A DNA stretch of 64,000 bases, from the NCBI GenBank assembly GCA_963716175.1, contig OY970296.1, forward strand, positions 4,496,931 to 4,560,930, written 5' to 3'. This DNA comes from an uncultured Armatimonadetes bacterium (GTDB lineage Bacteria; Armatimonadota; Hebobacteria; Hebobacterales; Hebobacteraceae). Position numbers and translations under genes: made by a program. This document shows positions 20,682 through 30,138 of the stretch, in pieces. The notes below the pieces were generated by a model that was not told where the DNA came from, made no database searches, and saw only the letters and a list, made by a program, of their open reading frames with translations. Position 1 is the stretch's first letter. Each line of letters starts with the position of its first letter.

Positions 20682-21824
20682 ATGAGTGCGAGGAGAATGG
20701 GGGTGGTGCTTGCGATTGGCCTAGGTATCGCAAGCCAATCCCCGGCCGCAATAACACCCAGCACCGCGGTGTCGGGATGCCTGAAGCCCGTGCTCGCTGG
20801 CGTAGACCAGGTGGCACCGGGGGTGCTGCAGTTCTGGATGGAACTGGCTGCGCCCCCCGTAATGGACCCCGATCCCGATCATTGGACCACCTACATCTGG
20901 TTCGTGGACACCGACTGCAATCCGCGGACGGGCCAACCTCATGCTACTGTCGGCAGCGAGTACAATATTCGCGCCGTCATCCGCAACCACGCGGCTCACG
21001 GAGGCGGGTTCATAGACGGCATTGACCGGCCGGGGGGCGTGGCTCCCATGCTCGTGGACGGAACCCGCGTCATCGTCCGGGTCACTCTCGACCAGATCGG
21101 TAACCCGACGCGATTCATCTGGGGTTGCGGAGCCTTGACGTGGAATGGTGCGCACGAGGAATCCCCGCCACCCCGCACCTTCAGAACAGGCGGAGCCGCG
21201 AATGGGGGTGGTGCGCCTGCCCGAGTGGTGGTTGAGCTTCCGCCCTCACGGACGCGCACAGTTTCTTTAGCGCCCACTATCCGAGCCCTCGGCGCCACCG
21301 GCGCGCCGTTGAGTGTGGAGGGGCGCTCCGTGAAGCTCTTCGCCTATCGTGGTTTGGTCAGAATCGCTTCCACACAGGTTAACGTCCCGCCAGACCGAGT
21401 TGGCCTGGAGAAGGTGACGGCCATGGTAGACGGCGTGCTGAGCTGCAACGTGGCTCGCGTGATGCTCGGGAGCGTGGAGATCGTGCCAAGCGCAATGCAT
21501 CTGCAATGGCCTGCCAGAACGGTCGGGAAGGTGTCCTTCAGGGTCATCGGAGCTGACGGGACGGCGATCTCGATGGAAGATCACCAGCTGGCCTTCACCA
21601 TCGATGACAACAAGGTGGCGGCGCTCTCCGAGGATGGCACCGTTGAGGCGCGGCCAGCTGGAGCCGGCAGGACCACCTACATCCGCGGCGAGTTTGACGG
21701 CACACCGGCAACCAACCACTGTGATGTTCGCGTGCTGAACTACCCTGTCCATGTCAACCGCCCGTGGAGCCGGCCTGAGAGCCTTGGGGAGTTGTCTGCC
21801 CCTTCGTGCTCCTGTATCATTTGA
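20682..21824 (+). CDS. Secreted protein with Ig-like (Big_2-type) domains, 3'-truncated by the IS end at 21746
   Basis: Signal peptide; DDNKVAALSEDGTVEA; reading frame runs into an IS end. Confidence 0.65.
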   Translation: MSARRMGVVLAIGLGIASQSPAAITPSTAVSGCLKPVLAGVDQVAPGVLQFWMELAAPPVMDPDPDHWTTYIWFVDTDCNPRTGQPHATVGSEYNIRAVIRNHAAHGGGFIDGIDRPGGVAPMLVDGTRVIVRVTLDQIGNPTRFIWGCGALTWNGAHEESPPPRTFRTGGAANGGGAPARVVVELPPSRTRTVSLAPTIRALGATGAPLSVEGRSVKLFAYRGLVRIASTQVNVPPDRVGLEKVTAMVDGVLSCNVARVMLGSVEIVPSAMHLQWPARTVGKVSFRVIGADGTAISMEDHQLAFTIDDNKVAALSEDGTVEARPAGAGRTTYIRGEFDGTPATNHCDVRVLNYPVHVNRPWSRPESLGELSAPSCSCII

Positions 21825-22130
21825 GGCCAGAGTGCGGCGCCTTGGGCGCCGCTTTCGCGTTGAGGAGTGGAACCGGCATGGAGGTCTTCCCTGCGTCCGT
21901 TCTTCTGATCATCCGCGCCTTGGTCGTCAGCGCCCGCTGGGCTGAGGGGCCGAATGCAGGCTGGGTGGTGGACGCTCTGGAGGGTGTGTTCCTTCGTCAC
22001 GGACCGCCCAAGCACATCATCAGTGACCAAGAGGGCGTCTTCGTCAGCGAGGTGTTCAGGGATCTGCTCAGCCAGTGGGATGTCAGGCAGCGTTTCGGCG
22101 CGGTTGGCAGGCATATGTCCATCGCGGTTC
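21746..22130 (+). mobile_element. Internally deleted IS481-like transposase remnant
   Basis: 27-bp left end; ALVVSARWA fused directly to EGPNAGW...SDQEGVF, segments far apart in the 53126 transposase. Confidence 0.85.
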
Positions 22131-22390
22131 CTGCGGCCCAGGTGTGTAGTCCTACCTCGTCAGCGGCTTGTCCTCTCGACACCGGCGCGGTCGTTGCCGC
22201 GCGACCGGAAGCAGTCGCGATCATGCGGCTAGAGCGAGCCGCGCGTTGTCAGGCGGGCCAGGTTACACCGCTCATGGCCCGGTGCGCTCTATCGATGAGC
22301 ATACCGGGGTGATCAGCGCAGAACATGAGCTGCGCCCACGCAACTTGCCTGTTTGGGGACGCTCATCGCCCTCCGTCGGGGGGAACGCGG

Positions 22391-23590
22391 TCACTGCTCG
22401 CGCCCGACGGCCGAGGCATCCGCATGTTGCTGGACATGCGGCGATGCCGACGCACAGCCCATCGCCCCCGATTCTGACTGGCGATGCCCCGGGAGGCTGA
22501 TGCCCTTCATGATGTCCGCTCTCGCGAAGGCCCACCTTCGCTCGGCGTCAGCGAACTGGGAATAGCGAGCTGTCATGATCGGGCTTCGGTGACCCATCGC
22601 ACGCATCAGCGCGGTCGTGGGAACCCCAGCCATTGTCGAGGCCAGCCCGAAGTAGTGGCGCAGTCTGTGAGGCATGACCAGCTTGGGGTCTACTCCTGCG
22701 CCTGCAGCCAGTCGACCGAGCATCAGGCGGACTGCCTGCGCCTTCATCCGCCTGCCCGGATGGCGGGGACCCCGAGAGGTGCTCTCCGTGTCCCGGATCG
22801 TGTCCAGTGACAGTTGCGGTCCCAGTGTGACGAACAGCGCGTCGTTCCCGCCCAGGCTTGGGCAGACGTGCGATCTGACCTTCAGCCACCGGGCCATCAG
22901 CCCGGTCACCTCGGGCTTGACTACTTCCCTTCCCTCTGAAATGGTAAGGGGCAGGTCGACGAACCGGGTGCGCCTGCCTTTGCTGGTCTCTGCTCTCACT
23001 CGCACCCGGCCGCCGTTCAGATCGAGATCGCTGGCGTCCAGGCCCGCCAGCTCGGATACCCGCAATCCGCAGAACGCCATCAGGTGGATCATCGCCAGGT
23101 TGCGGATACCGAGGGGCGTGCTGAGGCTCAAGGAAAGAAGAACCTTCTGCAGATCCGCAGCAGGGGTGGCCCTGGGTTCCAGGCCACTGTCCACCCGATA
23201 CGACCCGACGCGCCCGGTTACATCCTCCGTGACCAGCCGCTCCTGATGCAGCCACTGGAGGAACCGCTTCGCTGTGTCCAGCGCCATTTGCTTGCCTCGC
23301 GGCGTGAGCGGCCTGCCCGTATAGGTTATGAAGCCGTCTAACCAGGGCACGAACGCGCGCAGGTCGCCTATGCCGAAGCCACGGACGCTGGCGATCCCTC
23401 GTGCTCTGGCGAACCGTGCGACGCGCCACACCAGCTGATCGCGGTAGTGGCGCACCGTCTGCGCCCGTATCCCCGGGTGGTCCGCGGCCCAGCCCTCCAC
23501 GAACAACTCGATCGCCGCCTCCCAGTCTAGGCCCTCCGGTGTGCCAGATGGAGTGGTGGCGTCCAAGCCGGGCAGCGTCTGTTGGATCAT
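22391..23590 (-). CDS. Tyrosine recombinase (XerC/D-like), apparently intact
   Basis: LMAFCGLRVSE, SKG, HRLRH, MGH, TARY: full R-K-H-R-H-Y set. Confidence 0.9.
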   Translation of the reverse strand: MIQQTLPGLDATTPSGTPEGLDWEAAIELFVEGWAADHPGIRAQTVRHYRDQLVWRVARFARARGIASVRGFGIGDLRAFVPWLDGFITYTGRPLTPRGKQMALDTAKRFLQWLHQERLVTEDVTGRVGSYRVDSGLEPRATPAADLQKVLLSLSLSTPLGIRNLAMIHLMAFCGLRVSELAGLDASDLDLNGGRVRVRAETSKGRRTRFVDLPLTISEGREVVKPEVTGLMARWLKVRSHVCPSLGGNDALFVTLGPQLSLDTIRDTESTSRGPRHPGRRMKAQAVRLMLGRLAAGAGVDPKLVMPHRLRHYFGLASTMAGVPTTALMRAMGHRSPIMTARYSQFADAERRWAFARADIMKGISLPGHRQSESGAMGCASASPHVQQHADASAVGREQ

Positions 23591-23641
23591 GACCCCGGAC
23601 CTCCGTGAGTCCCGCGCGGGGGATCCGGCAGGCGCAACGGC

Positions 23642-24505
23642 CTAGCCGCTGCTCTCTGCCTCCTGGATCTGCCGCAGCGTGCGGCCGGCCGCGTCCACCC
23701 AGGCGGTGCGGCCGTTGGCCTCCTGGCCTAGCACCAGCCCCGCGGCAGTCGACGGTGACTTGAACACATAATCCTGGGCGAACACCAGCTTCTCGCCCTC
23801 CCCCACCAGCACCCCCTGCGCCAGCAGCTCATCCCGGAGGTTCGCCAGTCCCGGTCGCGCCGAAGGCGACGAGGTCGGCGATGCCTGTGAGCCCGCTGCC
23901 ACCACGAAGCCCTGCGGTGAATCGTACCCTCGGGCCGCCACCTTCTGACTCCGCAGCGTGAGCATGGTCCGGCCGGCCTCCGCCGCCGGGGCCGGCTCGA
24001 ACACGGTCAGGCCGAACACCAGAAGCAGGCTGAGGATGTCTGCGAGAAAGGTCTCGGCATCCTGTCTGTCGGCCTCCGTCAAGGCCGGCTCGCGTGGGAT
24101 GTTCAGGTTATCGAGCCTGGACCGCCGGGCCTCGCGTGCCCGCTGCACCAGCCGCGACTCCAGGTACTGCACGTGAGCGGTGTTGAGCGAGCCATCCTTG
24201 GAGACGAAGGCCACTGCCCAGGTCCAGAAGTCTCTGTTGGCATACTGCTGCTCCAGCCGGAGCCGCAGAGGATCTCCCTGCCCAACATAGATAGTGGAGA
24301 GATCGCCTTCCTCGGAGGGACCGACCAGCACATAGACGCCTGCGCGCCCAAACTCATCCCGGCTCTTGGCGGTGGGGAAGAGCGCCCGAGGACAGACCAG
24401 GCCGAGGCCGGTCCAATGTGACTTCTCGACCAATCGCAGCCCGGCAGGATTGCCATCAGGCACAAAGATGCGCAGTGAAAATGGGTGCGACGGGGAGGTG
24501 GTCAT
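23642..24505 (-). CDS. GIY-YIG nuclease with DUF4357 domain
   Basis: AGVYVLVG...IYVGQG; YLESRL; C-terminal DYVFKSPSTAAGLVLG..NGRTAW. Confidence 0.88.
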   Translation of the reverse strand: MTTSPSHPFSLRIFVPDGNPAGLRLVEKSHWTGLGLVCPRALFPTAKSRDEFGRAGVYVLVGPSEEGDLSTIYVGQGDPLRLRLEQQYANRDFWTWAVAFVSKDGSLNTAHVQYLESRLVQRAREARRSRLDNLNIPREPALTEADRQDAETFLADILSLLLVFGLTVFEPAPAAEAGRTMLTLRSQKVAARGYDSPQGFVVAAGSQASPTSSPSARPGLANLRDELLAQGVLVGEGEKLVFAQDYVFKSPSTAAGLVLGQEANGRTAWVDAAGRTLRQIQEAESSG

Positions 24506-24663
24506 GAGCCCGACGGCTCCGACCGCGCCCTGTTTCCTGCAGTCCCGCTCGCGGGATCGCCTGTGCCAGCCAGTCGTCTCATCTCGCCCTCCAGGTCCAA
24601 AACCCAGGCACGCGCGAAGCGCCGCGCAGCCTGCACGTCCACCGCCTCCCAAGGCAGTGCGCT

Positions 24664-24688
24664 ATCTCTAGTCTGTAGATTTCTAGAG
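24664..24688 (+). promoter_or_regulatory. C-box-like operator
   Basis: ATCTCTAGTC-TGTA-GATTTCTAGAG, resembling the GACTnnnAGTC-TGTA-GACTnnnAGTC layout, just upstream of a C-like HTH gene. Confidence 0.45.
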
Positions 24689-24711
24689 TGCAGGCAGCTA
24701 CCCTTCCCGGC

Positions 24712-24942
24712 GTGGCGAGAGAGGGTCTGACAGAGCGATTCGGAGAAGTGGTCCGGCATCTTCGGAAGAAGGTCGGTCTGTCGCAGGAAAGCCTGGCGGA
24801 CGTCTGCGGGCTGCACCGTACCTACATCGGTTCCATCGAGCGAGGGGAGAAGACCGTTACCATAGCGACGGCCAACAAGATCGCAGCCGCCTTCAATCTG
24901 CGGCTCTGGCAGTTGCTCAAGCGCGTAGACGAGGAGTCCTGA
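24712..24942 (+). CDS. Small XRE HTH regulator, R-M controller (C) protein-like
   Basis: FGEVVRHLRKKVGLSQESLADVCGLHRTYIGSIERGE. Confidence 0.85.
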   Translation: MAREGLTERFGEVVRHLRKKVGLSQESLADVCGLHRTYIGSIERGEKTVTIATANKIAAAFNLRLWQLLKRVDEES

Positions 24943-25042
24943 GGCCAGGTTGGGGGTGCTTCGGCGCGACGGTATCAGTGGCCGAAGCCAACATAGTTGG
25001 CAGGCGCTCAGCGTTACCGCGCCGACTGCCCGTGATCCTCTG

Positions 25043-25690
25043 CTACCACGGCGGGTACTTCCGGTAGTCCTCCCCCGCGCCCATGCCGCAGAGGTCGAGG
25101 CTGAGTTCCTCGATGACGGCGCGCAGCTCCAGCTCTGCGAGAAACCCAGTTGGTATCGCCGACCGGCCCCACATCGCGCCCAGGATGTTGCCGGTGATAG
25201 CGCCAGTGCTGTCGCTGTCGCCGCTGTGGTTGACGGCGAGGCGAGTGCCATGCGCGAAGTCGCGGGCCGTTAGCGCACAGAACAGAGCGATCGCCAACGC
25301 CTCCTCAGCCACCCATCCCTCGCCCAGTTCCTCTACTGCCTCGGCTGTTGGTTCAGCATCAGAGGCGTGGCGCAGCGCGGCGTTCACCGCGGCTAGACAT
25401 TCTCCGTGATGCTGCCAGGTGATGAGCTCGCCGCGGGCGGTGGTGATCGCCTCTGACAGGCCGTCCCCATGCACGACCTGAGCGATGACCTGGGCCAGGA
25501 ACCCAGCCGCCAGGTAGCCGGTGGGATGGCCATGGGTGATGGCGGCCACTCCGCAGCCCAGCCGGAATGGCTCGATGGCGATGAGACCCACCGGTGCCAC
25601 CCGCATCACCCCGCCGCAGCCCTTGCTGTTGTTGATTCGGTGCCCAATGGTCCCAAAACGCCCGCTCTCCAGCGCGGTGAGGGAGGTCGT
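25043..25690 (-). pseudogene. ADP-ribosylglycohydrolase, C-terminal part cut by an IS
   Basis: NNSKGCGGVMRVAPVG, ITHGHP, LGEGWVAEEA, GDSDSTGAITG. Confidence 0.85.
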
Positions 25691-27066
25691 GCACCCTAGA
25701 AACTCTATCCGAGTGGTGTCCTCTCTATCAGAAGCTGTATCCTAGCGCTGTGATCGGTGGCGCGGGCCAATGAGAGCGAGAACCGCGGGGGTTGAGTAGG
25801 GTTGGTGGAAGCCGCCAAACTGCAGGTGACGCACACGCGGCCATGCTGGGCCGGCCGCCCCCACCTCGCGACGGCTGACTGATGAGGGGTTCTGTGCGCG
25901 CTACGCGGCGGCTCGGTAATAGCGGTGATGGAGTCCGCCCACCACCGGCACGGAGACGAGTTCGCCCTCGCCCGGCGGCGCCTGGGGCATCGGAGTTCCC
26001 CCGGCAAGACCCTGATGAGGGCGGGCGATGTGATAGTAGTCCTGGATGAACTCCTGCAGTAACCGCTCCAGGTGAGCTTGGTTCAGTACGATCACGTGGT
26101 CCAACAGCTCTCGCCGGAGGGTCCCGATGAAGCGCTCGATGTAGGGGTTCTGCCAGGGACTCCGGTAAGCGGTGCGCACCTCCAGAATGCCACAGGAGAT
26201 CAGGAAGGCGCCCACGCCGTGGCCGTAGATGCCGTCGTTATCCCGAAAGAGGTAGCGCGGCTGGCATCCAAACGGGGTCGCCTCTCGCAGCTGCTGAATC
26301 ACCCACTCCATGATCGGGTTCGGGGTGATGGCGAAGTGCAGGACCTCGCGTCGGGCATGATCCAGGATCAGGAAGACATACAGGACTTGGAAGCGCAGCG
26401 TGGTGACGGTGAAGAAGTCAATCGCCCAGGAGCAGTCGAGATGGTTCCTCAGGAACGAAAGCCAGGTGGTCGTCGCCGGGCGCGGCTTCCTGGGCTTCAC
26501 CATGTACTTGCGGACCGTATCCTCTCCGGGGGCCTCGTAGCCCATCAGCAGCAGCACGTCCCGGATTCGCTCCGCACCCCACAGCGGGTTCTCCTTGCTC
26601 AGGCGCCGGATCAGTTGCTGGATCTCAAGTGCCACCGGCTTCCGGCCCGCCTTCGACTTCCATCGCCACCACGCTCGGAAGGCCCGGGTGTGCCAGCGTT
26701 TCACCGTTTCAGGCTTCATGATATGGACGAGTTCCTGCCATCCGTCCAGGAACTTCGAGAGCACCACCCAGAGGATGCGAAAGGCGGGGCTGAATTGACT
26801 GTGTCGCTTCCGCTGGCCTGAAGAGCGATTCAGTTCGGCCGCCAACTGGCTCTGGATCGCCAAGAAGTGAGCCGCCATCACCGCCCGCGGCAGGAGCAGC
26901 GCCCAGCAGAAACTGAGAGCATACCGGAGGAGTTGGAGGAGGACACAAAAGCAGCTGCAGAGGTGCCAGAGGAAACTCGAAACCGTTTTCACGTCCCCAG
27001 GATACCCGATGAGCCGCAGCGAAACAAAACTCTTGGAAACCCTGGATAGCATTTTTCGGGGGGACA
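25690..27066 (-). mobile_element. IS with rve/DDE integrase-core transposase (ORF about 25901..27000)
   Basis: WAIDFFTV, FRDNDGIY, SPWQNPYIERFIGTLRRE, GGLHHRY; imperfect terminal IRs ending CTATCC. Confidence 0.88.
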
Positions 27067-27340
27067 GCGGCGTTCTTCGTCGGTGAAGCGCAGCCGGCCC
27101 GGCACCTTGCACTTGAGCGTCCGGTTCTCCAGCAGCAGGTACTCATTCTGCAGTGTCAGTTCCCGGCACAGCAACCGGGCCACGGTGGCGATCACCGGCA
27201 GGTCAACCCAGTCCACTCCCCGCTGAGCCTCCCATTCCATTCTCGGTACCTCCCGCGATAGGGCTATCAGCGAGTGCCGAGAATACCACGAGGGAGGCTG
27301 CAGGAGCACCCTGGAAGCCGGATGAGTTTCCTGACACGAC
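27067..27340 (-). mobile_element. 5' remnant of another integrase-core IS, interrupted by the preceding IS
   Basis: RELTLQNEYLLLENRTLK...LRFTDEERR; end GTCGTGTCAGGAAACTCATCC on the minus strand. Confidence 0.7.
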
Positions 27341-27355
27341 GAGTGAGGTGCGGCA

Positions 27356-30034
27356 ATGGGCAGAGGAATCCTGTTGGCGGCGGTGGCTCTCATGGCGGCG
27401 ACGGTGGCTCTCGCTGCGCCGCAGGTGCTGATCGATACCGACTTCGGCACTCCGGGCAGGCCCTTCTCGGACGTCAATGCCGACAGGGGCAACAGCATCA
27501 CCGGGTCGCTGCCGGAGGGCTGGGGCGAGAACTCCGGATGGAAGAGCAAAGTGGTCGCCACCTACACGCCTACGACCGAAGATGGCCGCGGCTTCCTGCG
27601 CGTCAGTCAGACTTCGGGGGATGGGCTGCAGTTCACCCATGCGCTGCCGGGAATCGAGCAGGAGCCGGGCTACTACCGCCTGAGCTTCACCGCCCGCAGC
27701 GTGGTCGGCGGCAGCCTTGGCGTGCGCTTCATCGGAGGCCCGTACACGACGGTGTGGTCGGTGGACCCCGCGCTGGATGGGCAGTGGCGCGACTACTCCT
27801 ACGACATTCGGCTCTCGGAGCAGCCGCAGGAACTCGGCCTGTTCTTCTACCTCTCGGGCAACGGCACACTCGACCTGCAGAAGCTGAAGATGGTGAAGCT
27901 CGGAGAGCAGGACCTGATCGAGGAGATCAAGGCCAGGTACCCGGAGGCCGGCACCGGCAATCTGCTGAAGCTCTCACGCTTCCCGCTGGGTCTGCAGAGC
28001 GGCTGGTCGATCGACCGCGACTACTCGGACGGCGACGAGGTGCAGGTGGACAGCGATCCGAAGGTGCCCGGCCCCAGCGGCATCTCCGCGCTGCGCGTCA
28101 ATGCACCCGACGGCATACGCATCTACAGCGCCCCGTTTGCCGTGCCTTGGAGCTTTGAGCCGCACGTGCTCAGCCTCTCCGTGCGCGGACACTGGGATGG
28201 GCGGCTGATCGTCGCCGGAGGCAAGGGCGACATCTGTGGAGAGTTGCCAGTCAAGATCAGCGGTGACCAATGGCAGCGCGTCGGACTGACCTTCAAGCCG
28301 ATCCTGCTCGCCCCGAGCCACCACCTGCAGATCGAGGGCAAAGGCACGCTGTGGATCGACGAGTTGCAGGTCGAGCATGCGACCAAGGCGACCGCCTACA
28401 TGCCACAGAATGCCGTCGAGGTATCGCTGGCCTTGCCGCCGTCTGAGGCCGTCTCCGCGCGGGTGTTGTTCGAGGGTGAGCCGCTCGGGATGAACTATGC
28501 CATCGTCGGCCCCTGCAACGGCGGGCTGCTGAAGAGCCGGCTGGTGACGCTGTACGGTGATGAGAAGCTGCTGCCCACGGTGAAGCTCGCGGGAGGCAAC
28601 CTGCAGACGGGGACGCTGACCTTCGAGGCCTTCAAGCAGCATCCGCTGGGGGCGTACCGCCTCGAGGCCTGGGTGGAGGATGCGACGGGCAGGGAGCTGA
28701 GCGCGGAAAACGAGGTCGTCTTCTACCGCCTCCATCGCCCGCGCTACTGGGGCAAGGACGCGCCGAACTCGTTCTTCGGGACCCACTCCCTTTCGACCAA
28801 TCGGCACTTGCAGATGGCCAAGGCCGTAGGATGCAACTGGATGCGCCTGCACGACGCAGGCACCGAGTATACCGGTTGGTCATTCCTGGAGCCCGAGAAG
28901 GGCAAGTGGCAGTTCCGCGACGCCGACCTGCAGCGCTATCGCGACCACAACCTCAAGATCCTGGGACTGCTGTCCACCAGCCCCGGCTGGGCGAGCAACT
29001 GGGGCAAGCCCGCGACCGACTACTTCGACCGCTACCTCGAGCCACTGAACATGGAGGACTGGGCCAACGCGGTGCGGACCATCGTCGCGCGCTACCGCGA
29101 CATGATCGACAGCTACGAGATCTGGAATGAACCGTGGGGCACTTCGTTCTGGTACCTGAAGTGGGATGAGAACCATGGCGAAAGCTGGGACGACCATTTC
29201 ATCCCCAGCGACACACCCGCGATCGACTACGCCCTCCTGCAGAAAGTAGCCTATGCAGCCGCGCACGAGGTCTTCCCGAGGGTGACCATCGTGGGCTTCA
29301 ACACCTACGGCGCGGAGAATGGGACGAAGTGGACCAGGGAGGTCATGGAGAACGGCGGCCTGGACACCTGTGATGCCATCTCCTACCACCACTACGAGAG
29401 CACCATGACCGGCTATCCCGGCGATGCCACCGACAAGGCCTACCATGCGGCGATGGCCCCGATTCTCGAGAAGGAGGGGCGGGTGCCGAAGCCGGTGTGG
29501 ATGAGCGAGGGCGCGCCCTTGTCCGGTGACGTGTCCAACGGTTTCTACCGCTACACGCTGCCCTACGAGAATGGCAACGACAACTGGCGGATCGCCGACC
29601 GGCTGGTGCGCTACCTCGTCAGCCGCCGCGCGACGGGTGAGAAGCACGGGTTCCTGTACACGATGCACGGGATCAGCACCTTCGGCGGCCCGGTGGACTG
29701 GACGACGCTCGTCACCGCTGAGGGGTACCTGCATCCCAGCGCCGCCGCGCACAGCGCGCTGGCGTGGCTGACGGAAGATACTGACTTCGTGAAGCGGGGA
29801 ATGCTGGCCGATGGCGTGTATGCCTATCTCTTCGGTGGGCCCGCGCGCTCGGTTGCGGTGATCACCAGCGCCCCGTTGCACGCCCCGTACAAGCTGCCAA
29901 AGTCGCCTGAGGTGCAGCTATGTGACCTGTTCGGTAACCCGCTTGCCGCAGGGGCGGCCATCGACAACCATGTGAGCTATGTGGTGTCCACGCAAGGGCT
30001 GGCGAAGCTGCAGGCGGCGCTGCGCATGAAGTAG
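27356..30034 (+). CDS. Secreted clan GH-A glycoside hydrolase (GH39/GH5-like) with N-terminal CBM-like domains
   Basis: WMRLHD, YEIWNEP acid/base, ISYHHY, VWMSEG nucleophile; signal peptide. Confidence 0.82.
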   Translation: MGRGILLAAVALMAATVALAAPQVLIDTDFGTPGRPFSDVNADRGNSITGSLPEGWGENSGWKSKVVATYTPTTEDGRGFLRVSQTSGDGLQFTHALPGIEQEPGYYRLSFTARSVVGGSLGVRFIGGPYTTVWSVDPALDGQWRDYSYDIRLSEQPQELGLFFYLSGNGTLDLQKLKMVKLGEQDLIEEIKARYPEAGTGNLLKLSRFPLGLQSGWSIDRDYSDGDEVQVDSDPKVPGPSGISALRVNAPDGIRIYSAPFAVPWSFEPHVLSLSVRGHWDGRLIVAGGKGDICGELPVKISGDQWQRVGLTFKPILLAPSHHLQIEGKGTLWIDELQVEHATKATAYMPQNAVEVSLALPPSEAVSARVLFEGEPLGMNYAIVGPCNGGLLKSRLVTLYGDEKLLPTVKLAGGNLQTGTLTFEAFKQHPLGAYRLEAWVEDATGRELSAENEVVFYRLHRPRYWGKDAPNSFFGTHSLSTNRHLQMAKAVGCNWMRLHDAGTEYTGWSFLEPEKGKWQFRDADLQRYRDHNLKILGLLSTSPGWASNWGKPATDYFDRYLEPLNMEDWANAVRTIVARYRDMIDSYEIWNEPWGTSFWYLKWDENHGESWDDHFIPSDTPAIDYALLQKVAYAAAHEVFPRVTIVGFNTYGAENGTKWTREVMENGGLDTCDAISYHHYESTMTGYPGDATDKAYHAAMAPILEKEGRVPKPVWMSEGAPLSGDVSNGFYRYTLPYENGNDNWRIADRLVRYLVSRRATGEKHGFLYTMHGISTFGGPVDWTTLVTAEGYLHPSAAAHSALAWLTEDTDFVKRGMLADGVYAYLFGGPARSVAVITSAPLHAPYKLPKSPEVQLCDLFGNPLAAGAAIDNHVSYVVSTQGLAKLQAALRMK

Positions 30035-30138
30035 ATGCCTATGAAGACGATCGGATGGAAGATGCACGATCGCAAAGGGAAACCATGGGTCGTCTGCTCT
30101 GGGTCATGATGTGGGTGTCAGGCGGCGATGGAACCACC

